Source of the DNA: Anaerolineales bacterium
Lineage (GTDB): Bacteria > Chloroflexota > Anaerolineae > Anaerolineales > E44-bin32
Direction of reading: 5' to 3'
Assembly: GCA_034430425.1 (NCBI GenBank)
Contig: DAOUEK010000031.1
Coordinates: 62,702 to 126,701 of the forward strand
DNA length: 64,000 nucleotides
Positions 30,129-37,891 of this stretch are shown one piece after another. The first letter of the stretch is position 1, and each line of letters begins with the position of its first letter. A program made the translations under genes and the position numbers. Below the pieces are notes generated by a model. The model saw only the letters and a list, made by a program, of their open reading frames with translations. It was not told the DNA's origin and did no database searches.

Positions 30129-30288
30129 TTGTTACCTTTCGCTTACATGCTCGGTGGGTGATCGAGTTTGAATCGACCGAGTACGGTGCCATTATAATGG
30201 CTTCCCCCAGTTTCATGGGTGTGGATGAAACCATAAAGGCGAGATTGTTAACTTCTGAGGCCCCTGATGTATGAGGATGGAAAGGGCG

Positions 30289-31161
30289 TTAAGACGTATA
30301 TTTCTGTACGAGATAGTCGAATACCGGTTGATCGATTTTTCCGGCTTTAAGGTCCGTACGATCCTCGAAATTCTCGTTCCCGAGAAAATGTTGCAAGGCT
30401 TGCTTCGTCTCTTTATCGTAATTGCCGTGGATTGGGCCGCTGTAGTAGCCTTGAAGCTTCATGATTTCCTGTAATGCTGCAGCGATCTTGCCCTCGATTG
30501 TCAGCTCTTCGTCCTGCGGACTTTTGCCAAAATACAGCCGATGAAGTTTCAACAGACCCGATAACTGTGGAATGGGGTCGACGTGGTCATCCACGCGGTA
30601 ATCGATCCAGCGATCGTTTAAGCCGCCGTATCCCCCTTTGGGTTTGACGACGTATAGCGCCGCGCTTTGCCGTCCCCGGCGATCTCCGCCAGCCCGGTCC
30701 CCGGCCAGGAGCGTATTGAGCAAGCGTTCGGGGAAATCGCCTTCGAATTCCAGGTAAGCCTGGACCATTGCATCGAGAGTCTCCGGGCCGGTGAGAATAT
30801 TACCCTGAACCGCAAATTGCTCGCCGATTCGCCCGCCAGCCCATGCATGGCAGCTTTTTCCCGTAAATGTAGCTGCCTCTCCACATGCATCGATCAAGCC
30901 GACCTGTCGCTGATCTCGCTCCGGATCGTCTTTGAGCAGGCGATCGAGCGTTTTACTTGCACTCAGGCCATCTTCCATATATGAAAGTCCTCGAGGGCCA
31001 TAAGTTGTATTGGCATAGGATTGCGTAGCGATGGCGCCTGCATTTGCTTTCGCCCAGGGAACGACGGCGCCTACGGCCGGGAATTTCGAGGCTACTGCGA
31101 TTCCCCAAGCAGGTTCTTGCGGGTCATAGGCGACGATTGAAAAGGTTGCGATGTTATTCAA
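30289..31161 (-). CDS. DUF1028 (Ntn-hydrolase-like) protein with C-terminal peptidoglycan-binding-like domain
   Basis: N-terminus TFSIVAYDPQEPAWGIAVASKFPAVGAVVPW. C-terminus ALQEIMKLQGYYSGPIHGNYDKETKQALQHF resembles the PG_binding_1 repeat. Confidence 0.7.
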   Translation of the reverse strand: MNNIATFSIVAYDPQEPAWGIAVASKFPAVGAVVPWAKANAGAIATQSYANTTYGPRGLSYMEDGLSASKTLDRLLKDDPERDQRQVGLIDACGEAATFTGKSCHAWAGGRIGEQFAVQGNILTGPETLDAMVQAYLEFEGDFPERLLNTLLAGDRAGGDRRGRQSAALYVVKPKGGYGGLNDRWIDYRVDDHVDPIPQLSGLLKLHRLYFGKSPQDEELTIEGKIAAALQEIMKLQGYYSGPIHGNYDKETKQALQHFLGNENFEDRTDLKAGKIDQPVFDYLVQKYTS

Positions 31162-31185
31162 GTTTTGAATCCATTCGGTGGATGA

Positions 31186-32487
31186 TTAAGCGGCGTCCGG
31201 CAGGGTTTCATCGAGATAGGCAAGTTCTTTCCCTTTCTCATCCTGCAGTTGGGGTTTGGTATCGCCTCGAATTGCATCGGCGTCAACGTGTACTTTCCGT
31301 ATTTCAGGTCGTGAGGGAATTTCATACATCACATCGAGCAAGGCGCCTTCGATCGTGGAGCGCAGTCCTCGAGCTCCTGTCTCGTGTTCCATGGCCAACT
31401 GGGCTGCGACCTCCAATGCCGCATCATCGAAATGGAGTTCCACGTTATCCATTTCGAAAAGACGTTGGTATTGGCGGACGAGTGCGTTCTTCGGTTCCGT
31501 CAGGATCGCACGAAGGGCGTGGATATCCAGTGGATCGATGCTAATCGAAACGGGAAGTCGGCCGACCAGTTCCGGGATCATTCCGTAGCGCATGAGATCG
31601 TCAGGAGTGATGTGGCGCAGCAGTTGACTTTCCTGGGCTTCGAGGGAATTAATATCCGTGACCGTACCGGAAAAGCCCAAACGGCCCCGTCTCCCCAGAC
31701 GCTCGGCGACGATTTGCGGTAACCCATCGAATGTTCCCCCGCAGATAAACAAAACATCAGTGGTGTTGACCTGGATGAATTCCTGTTGCGGATGTTTTCT
31801 TCCCCCCTGGGGCGGTACATTGACAGCGGATCCTTCGATAATTTTTAGCAGTGCTTGCTGTACGCCTTCTCCGGACACATCACGCGTGATGCTGGGATTA
31901 TCGCCGCTTTTGCGTGCAGTTTTATCGATTTCATCGATGTATACGATGCCGTGCTCTGCGCGTGCGACGTTGAATTCTGCGGCCTGGAGAAGTCGCAAGA
32001 GGATGTTTTCAACATCCTCGCCGACATATCCTGCTTCAGTAAGCGCGGTTGCATCTGCAATACAGAATGGAACGTCAAGGCTTTTTGCAAGTGTCTGGGC
32101 CAATAATGTTTTACCGCATCCCGTCGGACCGACGAGCAGGATGTTGGCCTTTTCCAACTCGACATCCGTCCTGCCTCGATGGGCAATGCGTTTGTAGTGA
32201 TTGTATACAGCAACCGAGAGGACCCGCTTGGCGCTGTCCTGGCTGACGACGTACTCATCCAATTTTGCATAGAGCTCGCGTGGAGAAAGTGGGGGTTTCG
32301 CTGCTACAGCCGCTGAATTGGCAAGACCTGGTCGTTCATCCTGCAGAATATCACGACACAGGTCGACACATTCGTTGCAAATGAAGACGCCCTCGGGACC
32401 CGCGATGAGACGTTTTACTTCCGCTTCAACCCGACTGCAGAAGGAACACTCTCGCACTTCAGATTCTGACGAGCGTCTTCGTGCCAT
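31186..32487 (-). CDS. clpX: ATP-dependent Clp protease ATP-binding subunit ClpX
   Basis: Zn ribbon CSFCSR...CNECVDLC, Walker A GPTGCGKT, Walker [10 protein letters not shown]. Confidence 0.95.
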   Translation of the reverse strand: MARRRSSESEVRECSFCSRVEAEVKRLIAGPEGVFICNECVDLCRDILQDERPGLANSAAVAAKPPLSPRELYAKLDEYVVSQDSAKRVLSVAVYNHYKRIAHRGRTDVELEKANILLVGPTGCGKTLLAQTLAKSLDVPFCIADATALTEAGYVGEDVENILLRLLQAAEFNVARAEHGIVYIDEIDKTARKSGDNPSITRDVSGEGVQQALLKIIEGSAVNVPPQGGRKHPQQEFIQVNTTDVLFICGGTFDGLPQIVAERLGRRGRLGFSGTVTDINSLEAQESQLLRHITPDDLMRYGMIPELVGRLPVSISIDPLDIHALRAILTEPKNALVRQYQRLFEMDNVELHFDDAALEVAAQLAMEHETGARGLRSTIEGALLDVMYEIPSRPEIRKVHVDADAIRGDTKPQLQDEKGKELAYLDETLPDAA

Positions 32488-32493
32488 TGATCG

Positions 32494-33135
32494 TTATTTA
32501 CTTTCTTTCTTCCCCTTTTCGTCCGCTTCCTTTTTGTCGGAGGGATAAAGCACATGGTCGATGATGCCGTATTTTTTCGCAGCATCCCCATCCATGTAAA
32601 AGTCGCGTTCTGTGTCAGATTCGATGAGATCTAAGGACTGACCGGTATGTATTGAGAGTATAGTATTCAATTTTTCCCGCAGGCGCAAGATTTCCTTGGC
32701 TTGAATTTCAATATCGGTTGCCTGTCCCTGAACGCCGCCCAATGGTTGGTGCAAGTGGATCGTAGCATGTGGCAAGGCGTAGCGCATTCCATGGGTGCCA
32801 GCGGTCAGCAGCACGGTTCCAAAAGAAGCGGTCACCCCGACGGCGACAGTTGAAATTGGCGCTCGGACTTGCTGCATTGTGTCGTAGATCGCCAATCCGG
32901 CGTATATCCCACCCCCTGGAGAATTGATGTACATGTAAATTTGGCGTTCCGGGTCTTCTCGATCGAGGTACAGCAACTGGGCGATGATCAGATTGGAAAC
33001 TTGATCGTTAATCGGAGTTCCCAAGAAGATGATCCTTTCTCTCAGGAGCAACGAGTAAATATCATACGCTCGCTCCCCGCGACCGGTAGGTTCGATCACC
33101 ATGGGAACGGATAATCTCGGATCAATGCTATTCAT
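32494..33135 (-). CDS. clpP: ATP-dependent Clp protease proteolytic subunit ClpP
   Basis: [19 protein letters not shown], Ser context GVTASFG, His context IHLHQP. ATG at 33135 has GAGGG 9 nt upstream. Lys/Glu-rich C-terminal tail. Confidence 0.92.
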   Translation of the reverse strand: MNSIDPRLSVPMVIEPTGRGERAYDIYSLLLRERIIFLGTPINDQVSNLIIAQLLYLDREDPERQIYMYINSPGGGIYAGLAIYDTMQQVRAPISTVAVGVTASFGTVLLTAGTHGMRYALPHATIHLHQPLGGVQGQATDIEIQAKEILRLREKLNTILSIHTGQSLDLIESDTERDFYMDGDAAKKYGIIDHVLYPSDKKEADEKGKKESK

Positions 33136-33146
33136 TATCTCTACCC

Positions 33147-34523
33147 TCACTCTTTTTCAGACTTCTCTTCAGGCTCGGATGACTCTTTCTCGGATTTGGA
33201 ATCCTTCTTCTTTTCTATTGTATCGCCTTCACCCTTCGCAATGGCGATGATTCTCTGGAAAGCTTTCTCGGTCAACAGATCCAGACGAATGCGGCGTCTT
33301 CCCTCCGGGTGATCAAGGGCTTTTCGAAATTCTCCGGCTTGCTCTTTGAAGGGCTGGACTATGCGTTCGATTTGCTCTTCGATTTCTTTTTCTTCAACTT
33401 CCAATTTCTCTTCTTCAACAATTTTACCCAATACAAGAGCCTTTAGCAGGCGGTTTTGTGCTCGCGGGAGTAGTTCCTCGCGTAAATCAGCCAGTGTTTT
33501 CCCCTCGATTTTTAGATAATCTTCCAGGGTTATGTTCTGGGAAGATAGGCTTTTGCTCCACTCGGTGACCATTTCGTCGATCCCCTCTTCCAACAAGATG
33601 GGAGGGTATTCAAAGTTAGCCTTTTCCACCATGGTTTCCATGACTTTTTCTGTGTATTCGGAATCTTTTTCCTGCTGTGCTGAATGCTCGAGATTCTCGC
33701 GTAATTTCAAACGCAGATCGAGCAAGTCGTTGAACTCTCCTATACTCTGGGCGAGATCATCCGACCATTCTGGCATATGGCGTGATTTCACTTCCAAACA
33801 TTTGACGTGAAAGGTTGCTTCTTGTTGACGTAACGTTTCAACAGGATAATCTTCAGGGAAGACGGCATCGAACTCGATTTCCTGTTCTGCTTTAATTCCC
33901 ACGAGATGTTCAGCGATACCTGCAATCGGCCATTGGGTTTTATCACTGAGGAGAATTTCCGTGCCTTTCATGTCCAGTATGCTGCCGTCTTCACCGTCTT
34001 CGGGCTCTTTCAACTTACTGGCTACGTCGATGACAACGACATCCGACATTTCGGCCGCTCGATCAACAGGCTCAATTAACGCTCGGCTTTGACGAATTTC
34101 CTCCATGACCTTGTCGAATTCTTCGTCACTGACTTGCGGCGCCTCGTATGGGACGCGAATCTTTCGATAATTGCCAAGTTTGACGCTGGGCTCCAATGGT
34201 ACGGAGAAACGCAAGACCAATGGATCCTGGCTGACGATTTCCTCCAGTGTGCCGGGCGCATAGGGTTCGAGCTCTGATTCCTGAATCGCTTCGCGGTACA
34301 TTTCCTGTCCGAGGCCGTCCAAAGCCTCCTCGAAAATCGCCTCCTGACCGAATTTATTGACGATCACTTCGTAAGGTGCTTTCCCTGGACGGAATCCGGG
34401 GATGTTCGTATTCTTAGATAGTCGGCGGGCCGCAGATTGCATGGCGGCTTGAAGGCGGTCTTCAGGTACTTCGACCGTCATTTCAACCTGACGATTTTCC
34501 AGATCTTGTGTTTTTACATTCAA
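33147..34523 (-). CDS. tig: Trigger factor
   Basis: TTG at 34523 ([20 protein letters not shown]) with GAGAGGA 7 nt upstream. GFRPGKAP ribosome-binding signature and a PPIase middle domain. The ORF-track N-terminus runs through the tRNA gene and is rejected. Confidence 0.9.
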   Translation of the reverse strand: MNVKTQDLENRQVEMTVEVPEDRLQAAMQSAARRLSKNTNIPGFRPGKAPYEVIVNKFGQEAIFEEALDGLGQEMYREAIQESELEPYAPGTLEEIVSQDPLVLRFSVPLEPSVKLGNYRKIRVPYEAPQVSDEEFDKVMEEIRQSRALIEPVDRAAEMSDVVVIDVASKLKEPEDGEDGSILDMKGTEILLSDKTQWPIAGIAEHLVGIKAEQEIEFDAVFPEDYPVETLRQQEATFHVKCLEVKSRHMPEWSDDLAQSIGEFNDLLDLRLKLRENLEHSAQQEKDSEYTEKVMETMVEKANFEYPPILLEEGIDEMVTEWSKSLSSQNITLEDYLKIEGKTLADLREELLPRAQNRLLKALVLGKIVEEEKLEVEEKEIEEQIERIVQPFKEQAGEFRKALDHPEGRRRIRLDLLTEKAFQRIIAIAKGEGDTIEKKKDSKSEKESSEPEEKSEKE

Positions 34524-34618
34524 AGTGTTTGTCCTCTCGTGGCCTGTCCTATCGATGCGTGTGGAATGGTTGCATTTCGATGGCAGATTGCTGATTGCAT
34601 AGATTTTATAAACAGGAG

Positions 34619-34700
34619 TAGGGAAGGCGGGATTTGAACCCGCACGCCCGAGGGCACGTGATCCTAAGTCACGCCTGTCTGCCAGTTCCAGCACTTCCCC
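34619..34700 (-). tRNA. tRNA-Leu (anticodon UAG), class II with long variable arm
   Basis: Minus-strand read: GGGGAAG-TG-CTGGAACTGGCAGAC...CGTGA-CTTAGGA-TCACG (anticodon loop, TAG). Variable arm TGCCCTCGGGCGT, T-arm GCGGG-TTCAAAT-CCCGC, acceptor CTTCCCT, discriminator A. CCA is not encoded. G1:U72 wobble. Confidence 0.9.
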
Positions 34701-34745
34701 GTCCAGCAGATTATAGCTTCCGTGTAATACTGTGTAAAGACAAGC

Positions 34746-35933
34746 TCATTTTGCCTGTAGTGAAATCAGGTTGGAACGTATCTGTGCCAGATGGAGTAGA
34801 TCATGATCTGTGGCGATTTTAAAGATTTCTGCGAGAGTCGTAGGTCCTAAGATGGAATGTCGCGCTGGCCGGTCCCATTGATCGGGTGTCAGGCCGCTGA
34901 GCCATTCGAGGAGTTGAAGCCGAGATTGAGTAAAGGCGTCGAAGGCTTCCTCTCCGGATTGCCGGGCATAACCTCGTTCTCCCGACCAGCAATCCGTTTC
35001 TACGGCAGATATGTGCGGGTTTTGCTCTGTTAATAACGAATGCATGCGAGGCAGGTACACCTCTTTCTCCACATCGCGCAGGTGGCAGATGATTTGGTTG
35101 ATTGTCCATTCGTCTTTTTTCGGAGGTTGGGTCCACTGCCTTTCATCGAGTGGAGCAAGAATGGTGTGAAGCGCTGACAAATGGCCTCGAAGGCGAGCGA
35201 GAATTGCCTCCGGCTGACTGGCGGCGTCCTGGCGGGCTTCCTGGTGGGCTCGATCGATCCAGGCTGCGGCTTCCAACAGGTCGCCTCCAGGAAAGCTGTC
35301 GGAATCATGATTGACGTCAAATACCGCCAATCCCATGTTTTGGGCAGGGATGAGATCATCCGTCGGATCGTTGCCGATCATTGCCGCCTGGTGGGGCGGT
35401 ATTCCCAAATGGGCGAGGATCTCGGTATAGTATTCCAGGCGTGGTTTGGCGAAGTGGAAGTCCTCATAGCTTGTAATCAACGAGTACGCGTATTGATCCG
35501 CGGGTACGTCCGCCCAGGCCAGACGATGTTCGATGGCCGTAAGTGGAAATAGCGGACTGGTGGCAATAACGACTTCGATTCCTTTTTTAATTGCTGTTTG
35601 CACGAGTTGGCTGGCGCCCTGGCGAGGTGAAGTAAGCGTTTGCAGATCGGGGAAGATCCGGTTATAGAATTCGTCCACTTGTGGGGAGATGTCTTTTTCT
35701 TTGATCCCCAAATGGGGGAAGAAGTGTTCTGCGAAAACCTGTTGTAGGGTACGGGTGGGATCATCGTTCTGAATCATCGCCATACTTCCAGCCATTACCC
35801 GGGAGGCAATTTGGTCCGCAGGCGCCAGGTTGGAAAGGTGCGTTCCCAGCCGATCAAGATAGACCGGAAGGAAACGTTTCATATCATTATCCAATAATGT
35901 GTCGTCTAGATCGATAAGCAGAGCGGAGATCAC
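34746..35933 (-). CDS. Fusion protein: HAD-like hydrolase (N-terminal) + DinB-family metal-binding four-helix bundle (C-terminal)
   Basis: LLIDLDDTLLD (DxDxT), VIATSPLF, IGNDPTDD. C-terminal WTINQIICHLRDVEKEVYLPRM...ATDHDLLHLAQI (DinB His pattern). The GTG start overlaps the upstream stop (GTGA). Confidence 0.75.
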   Translation of the reverse strand: MISALLIDLDDTLLDNDMKRFLPVYLDRLGTHLSNLAPADQIASRVMAGSMAMIQNDDPTRTLQQVFAEHFFPHLGIKEKDISPQVDEFYNRIFPDLQTLTSPRQGASQLVQTAIKKGIEVVIATSPLFPLTAIEHRLAWADVPADQYAYSLITSYEDFHFAKPRLEYYTEILAHLGIPPHQAAMIGNDPTDDLIPAQNMGLAVFDVNHDSDSFPGGDLLEAAAWIDRAHQEARQDAASQPEAILARLRGHLSALHTILAPLDERQWTQPPKKDEWTINQIICHLRDVEKEVYLPRMHSLLTEQNPHISAVETDCWSGERGYARQSGEEAFDAFTQSRLQLLEWLSGLTPDQWDRPARHSILGPTTLAEIFKIATDHDLLHLAQIRSNLISLQAK

Positions 35934-36277
35934 GGAACGTTCTCTGGGTTGATTAACTCGGGCAGATCAAGATGACACTGTCCGCATCCGATTTCCGGTT
36001 CGGGGACATCTTCCAGCGTCTGGGTGCACACGGCGCTGACTTCTACGCGGCGTCGAAGGCCGAGGAAGCTGGTGGCCACACGCGCTTCTAAGACCATGTG
36101 TTTGCAAGCATTGGACAATACAATCCGAGGTACTCGGCACTTGGCGCAGAGATCAGGTGTATAGGTTCCACTTGTTGGTGTACGTTCGATCAAACGACAT
36201 TCCTGAATCGAACGCCCTCGATGGAAATCCTGGTAGTAGTAGGGGCATTCTGTTCCCGCTGGAGTGCGCATAGCCAT
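35930..36277 (-). CDS. Cys-rich small protein of unknown function (8 Cys, including CAKC and CGQC pairs)
   Basis: 115 aa. ECPYYYQDFHRGRSIQECRL...DLCAKCRVPR...ACKH...IGCGQCHLD. Starts 15 nt after the efp stop and is translationally coupled to the next gene. Confidence 0.6.
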   Translation of the reverse strand: MAMRTPAGTECPYYYQDFHRGRSIQECRLIERTPTSGTYTPDLCAKCRVPRIVLSNACKHMVLEARVATSFLGLRRRVEVSAVCTQTLEDVPEPEIGCGQCHLDLPELINPENVP

Positions 36278-36292
36278 GCCGTAGCTGGGGAT

Positions 36293-36850
36293 TTAGGCGC
36301 GGGTTACATACGATCCATTGCGAGTGTCCACTCGAATCGTATTTCCGGTCTCGATGAAAAGCGGTACCTGGACTTTCAGCCCCGTCTCCGTGGTGACGCT
36401 TTTGTTGGCTCCCGTTGCGGTGTCACCTTTTACCGCCATTTCAGCCTCCACGACCTCCAGGTCGACGGTCGTAGGGAGTTCAATGTCTAACGGTTCCCCT
36501 TCGTAAAAGGTCAATTTGACCTCCAGACCATCGGTTAAGTAGGATGTCGCCTCTCCGAGTATGGAAGGATTAAGCACTGGCTGTTCGTAGGTTTCCGTGT
36601 CCATAAAATGATACAGATCGTTGTCTTTGTAGAGAAATTGTACGATGTGATAATCGAGGCGGATATCTTGGACTTTATCGCTGGAATTGAAGGTCTTCTC
36701 CAATACAGAACCAGTTCGTAAGTCACGCACTTTCGTGCGGATGGTCGCTTTACCCCGTCCTGGTTTATGGTGGCTATATTCAATGACTTTATACAGGCTG
36801 CCATCCAGTTCGAATGTCACGCCATTACGCAGTTCGTTAACATCAATCAC
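36293..36850 (-). CDS. efp: Elongation factor P (Arg at loop tip: KPGRGKA)
   Basis: 185 aa, three-domain EF-P pattern. Loop HHKPGRGKATIRTKVRDLRTG, C-terminal VPLFIETGNTIRVDTRNGSYVTRA. Confidence 0.93.
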   Translation of the reverse strand: MIDVNELRNGVTFELDGSLYKVIEYSHHKPGRGKATIRTKVRDLRTGSVLEKTFNSSDKVQDIRLDYHIVQFLYKDNDLYHFMDTETYEQPVLNPSILGEATSYLTDGLEVKLTFYEGEPLDIELPTTVDLEVVEAEMAVKGDTATGANKSVTTETGLKVQVPLFIETGNTIRVDTRNGSYVTRA

Positions 36851-36993
36851 AACGTTTGTCCTTTATGCTGAGATGTGGAGATTATAGCGTCTCAATGATG
36901 AAGGCGTCAATTGTAATGCGGTGCGTGGAGAAGAAGGAATCGAAAAAGATTGGATCGAGGCAGGAATCTGCTGCAAGATCGAGAGGGATTGGC

Positions 36994-37728
36994 TTAGTCC
37001 ATACTATCGTTGATTTGAACCAGCACGGCAGTTATGTTGTCTTGACCGCCATTGGCGATAGCTGTTCGGATGAATTCATCGCAGCTTTCTTGTGGGGATT
37101 TGCCGCTACGAAGAATCGACCCAATCTCATCATCCGGCACCATGTCCGTCAGGCCGTCGGTACAAAGTAGGAGTTGATCCCCCAATTTCAAGCCGAGTTG
37201 GCGTGCTTCCGGCTCGATCTCATCGCTTGCCCCGAGTGCCTGGCTTAATGCTTGTCTGGGAGGCCACAGACTTGGATTCTCGGGGAGTACGCCTTCTCGC
37301 CTTGCTTGCCACAGGAGGGTGTGATCCTCGGTAAGAAGGCTGAGTTTGTTCTCGCGGTATAAATAGGCGCGGCTATCTCCGACGTGAGCGATCCAGGCTG
37401 GTTCAGCTGGGGATGGAATCCAGGCCAGCACGATGGTTGTTCCCATACGGATGTTGTTATCGGTTCCGCCGGCAGCAGCGTGGATGGCTTTATGGGCGGC
37501 GTTTATACTGGCGAGAATGGTTTCTTGTACAGGCTGATGATCGTTGGGGTTGTGCGTAGACAGGTATTCTTGAATCGTGCGGACGGCAATAAAACTTGCG
37601 ATTTCCCCAGCGATATGTCCTCCAATCCCGTCGGCTACTATATAGACGTTTAGATTTGTGTCGACTGAATAATTATCCTCGTTTTTTTCGCGCACAATCC
37701 CGGTGTCTGTAGCTGCGCCATATTCCAT
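36994..37728 (-). CDS. PP2C-family Ser/Thr protein phosphatase (Stp/PstP-like, cytoplasmic)
   Basis: TDTGIVREKNEDNY, VADGIGGH, LCTDGLTDMV, GGQDNITAVLV. Confidence 0.9.
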   Translation of the reverse strand: MEYGAATDTGIVREKNEDNYSVDTNLNVYIVADGIGGHIAGEIASFIAVRTIQEYLSTHNPNDHQPVQETILASINAAHKAIHAAAGGTDNNIRMGTTIVLAWIPSPAEPAWIAHVGDSRAYLYRENKLSLLTEDHTLLWQARREGVLPENPSLWPPRQALSQALGASDEIEPEARQLGLKLGDQLLLCTDGLTDMVPDDEIGSILRSGKSPQESCDEFIRTAIANGGQDNITAVLVQINDSMD

Positions 37729-37802
37729 TCCGATTCTCCGATGAGTGTCGACGTCAATGCGTCGAGAATTGATTGGTTTATAAACCTGTACATACCGATC
37801 AT

Positions 37803-37831
37803 ACTATAACGGAACAATCCATTTCCGGCAA
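37803..37831 (-). promoter_or_regulatory. Sigma-70-type promoter for the PP2C gene (minus strand)
   Basis: Minus-strand read: TTGCCG (37831-37826), 17-nt spacer, TATAGT (37808-37803). Confidence 0.4.
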
Positions 37832-37846
37832 TTAATCAAATCGTCT

Positions 37847-37873
37847 TAAAAAGGGGCTTTGCTTAGGAAGCCC
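37847..37873 (-). terminator. dinG intrinsic terminator (minus strand)
   Basis: Minus-strand read: GGGCTT-CCTAAGCA-AAGCCC followed by CTTTTT. Starts about 19 nt after the dinG stop. Confidence 0.65.
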
Positions 37874-37891
37874 GATACTGGTTTAGGATTT

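Noticed and set aside
34524-34694. N-terminal 57 codons of the ORF-track trigger-factor call (33147..34694)
   Set aside because: This stretch runs through the tRNA-Leu gene (34619-34700) on the same strand and has no trigger-factor similarity. A TTG with a GAGAGGA SD sequence at 34523 gives the canonical N-terminus.
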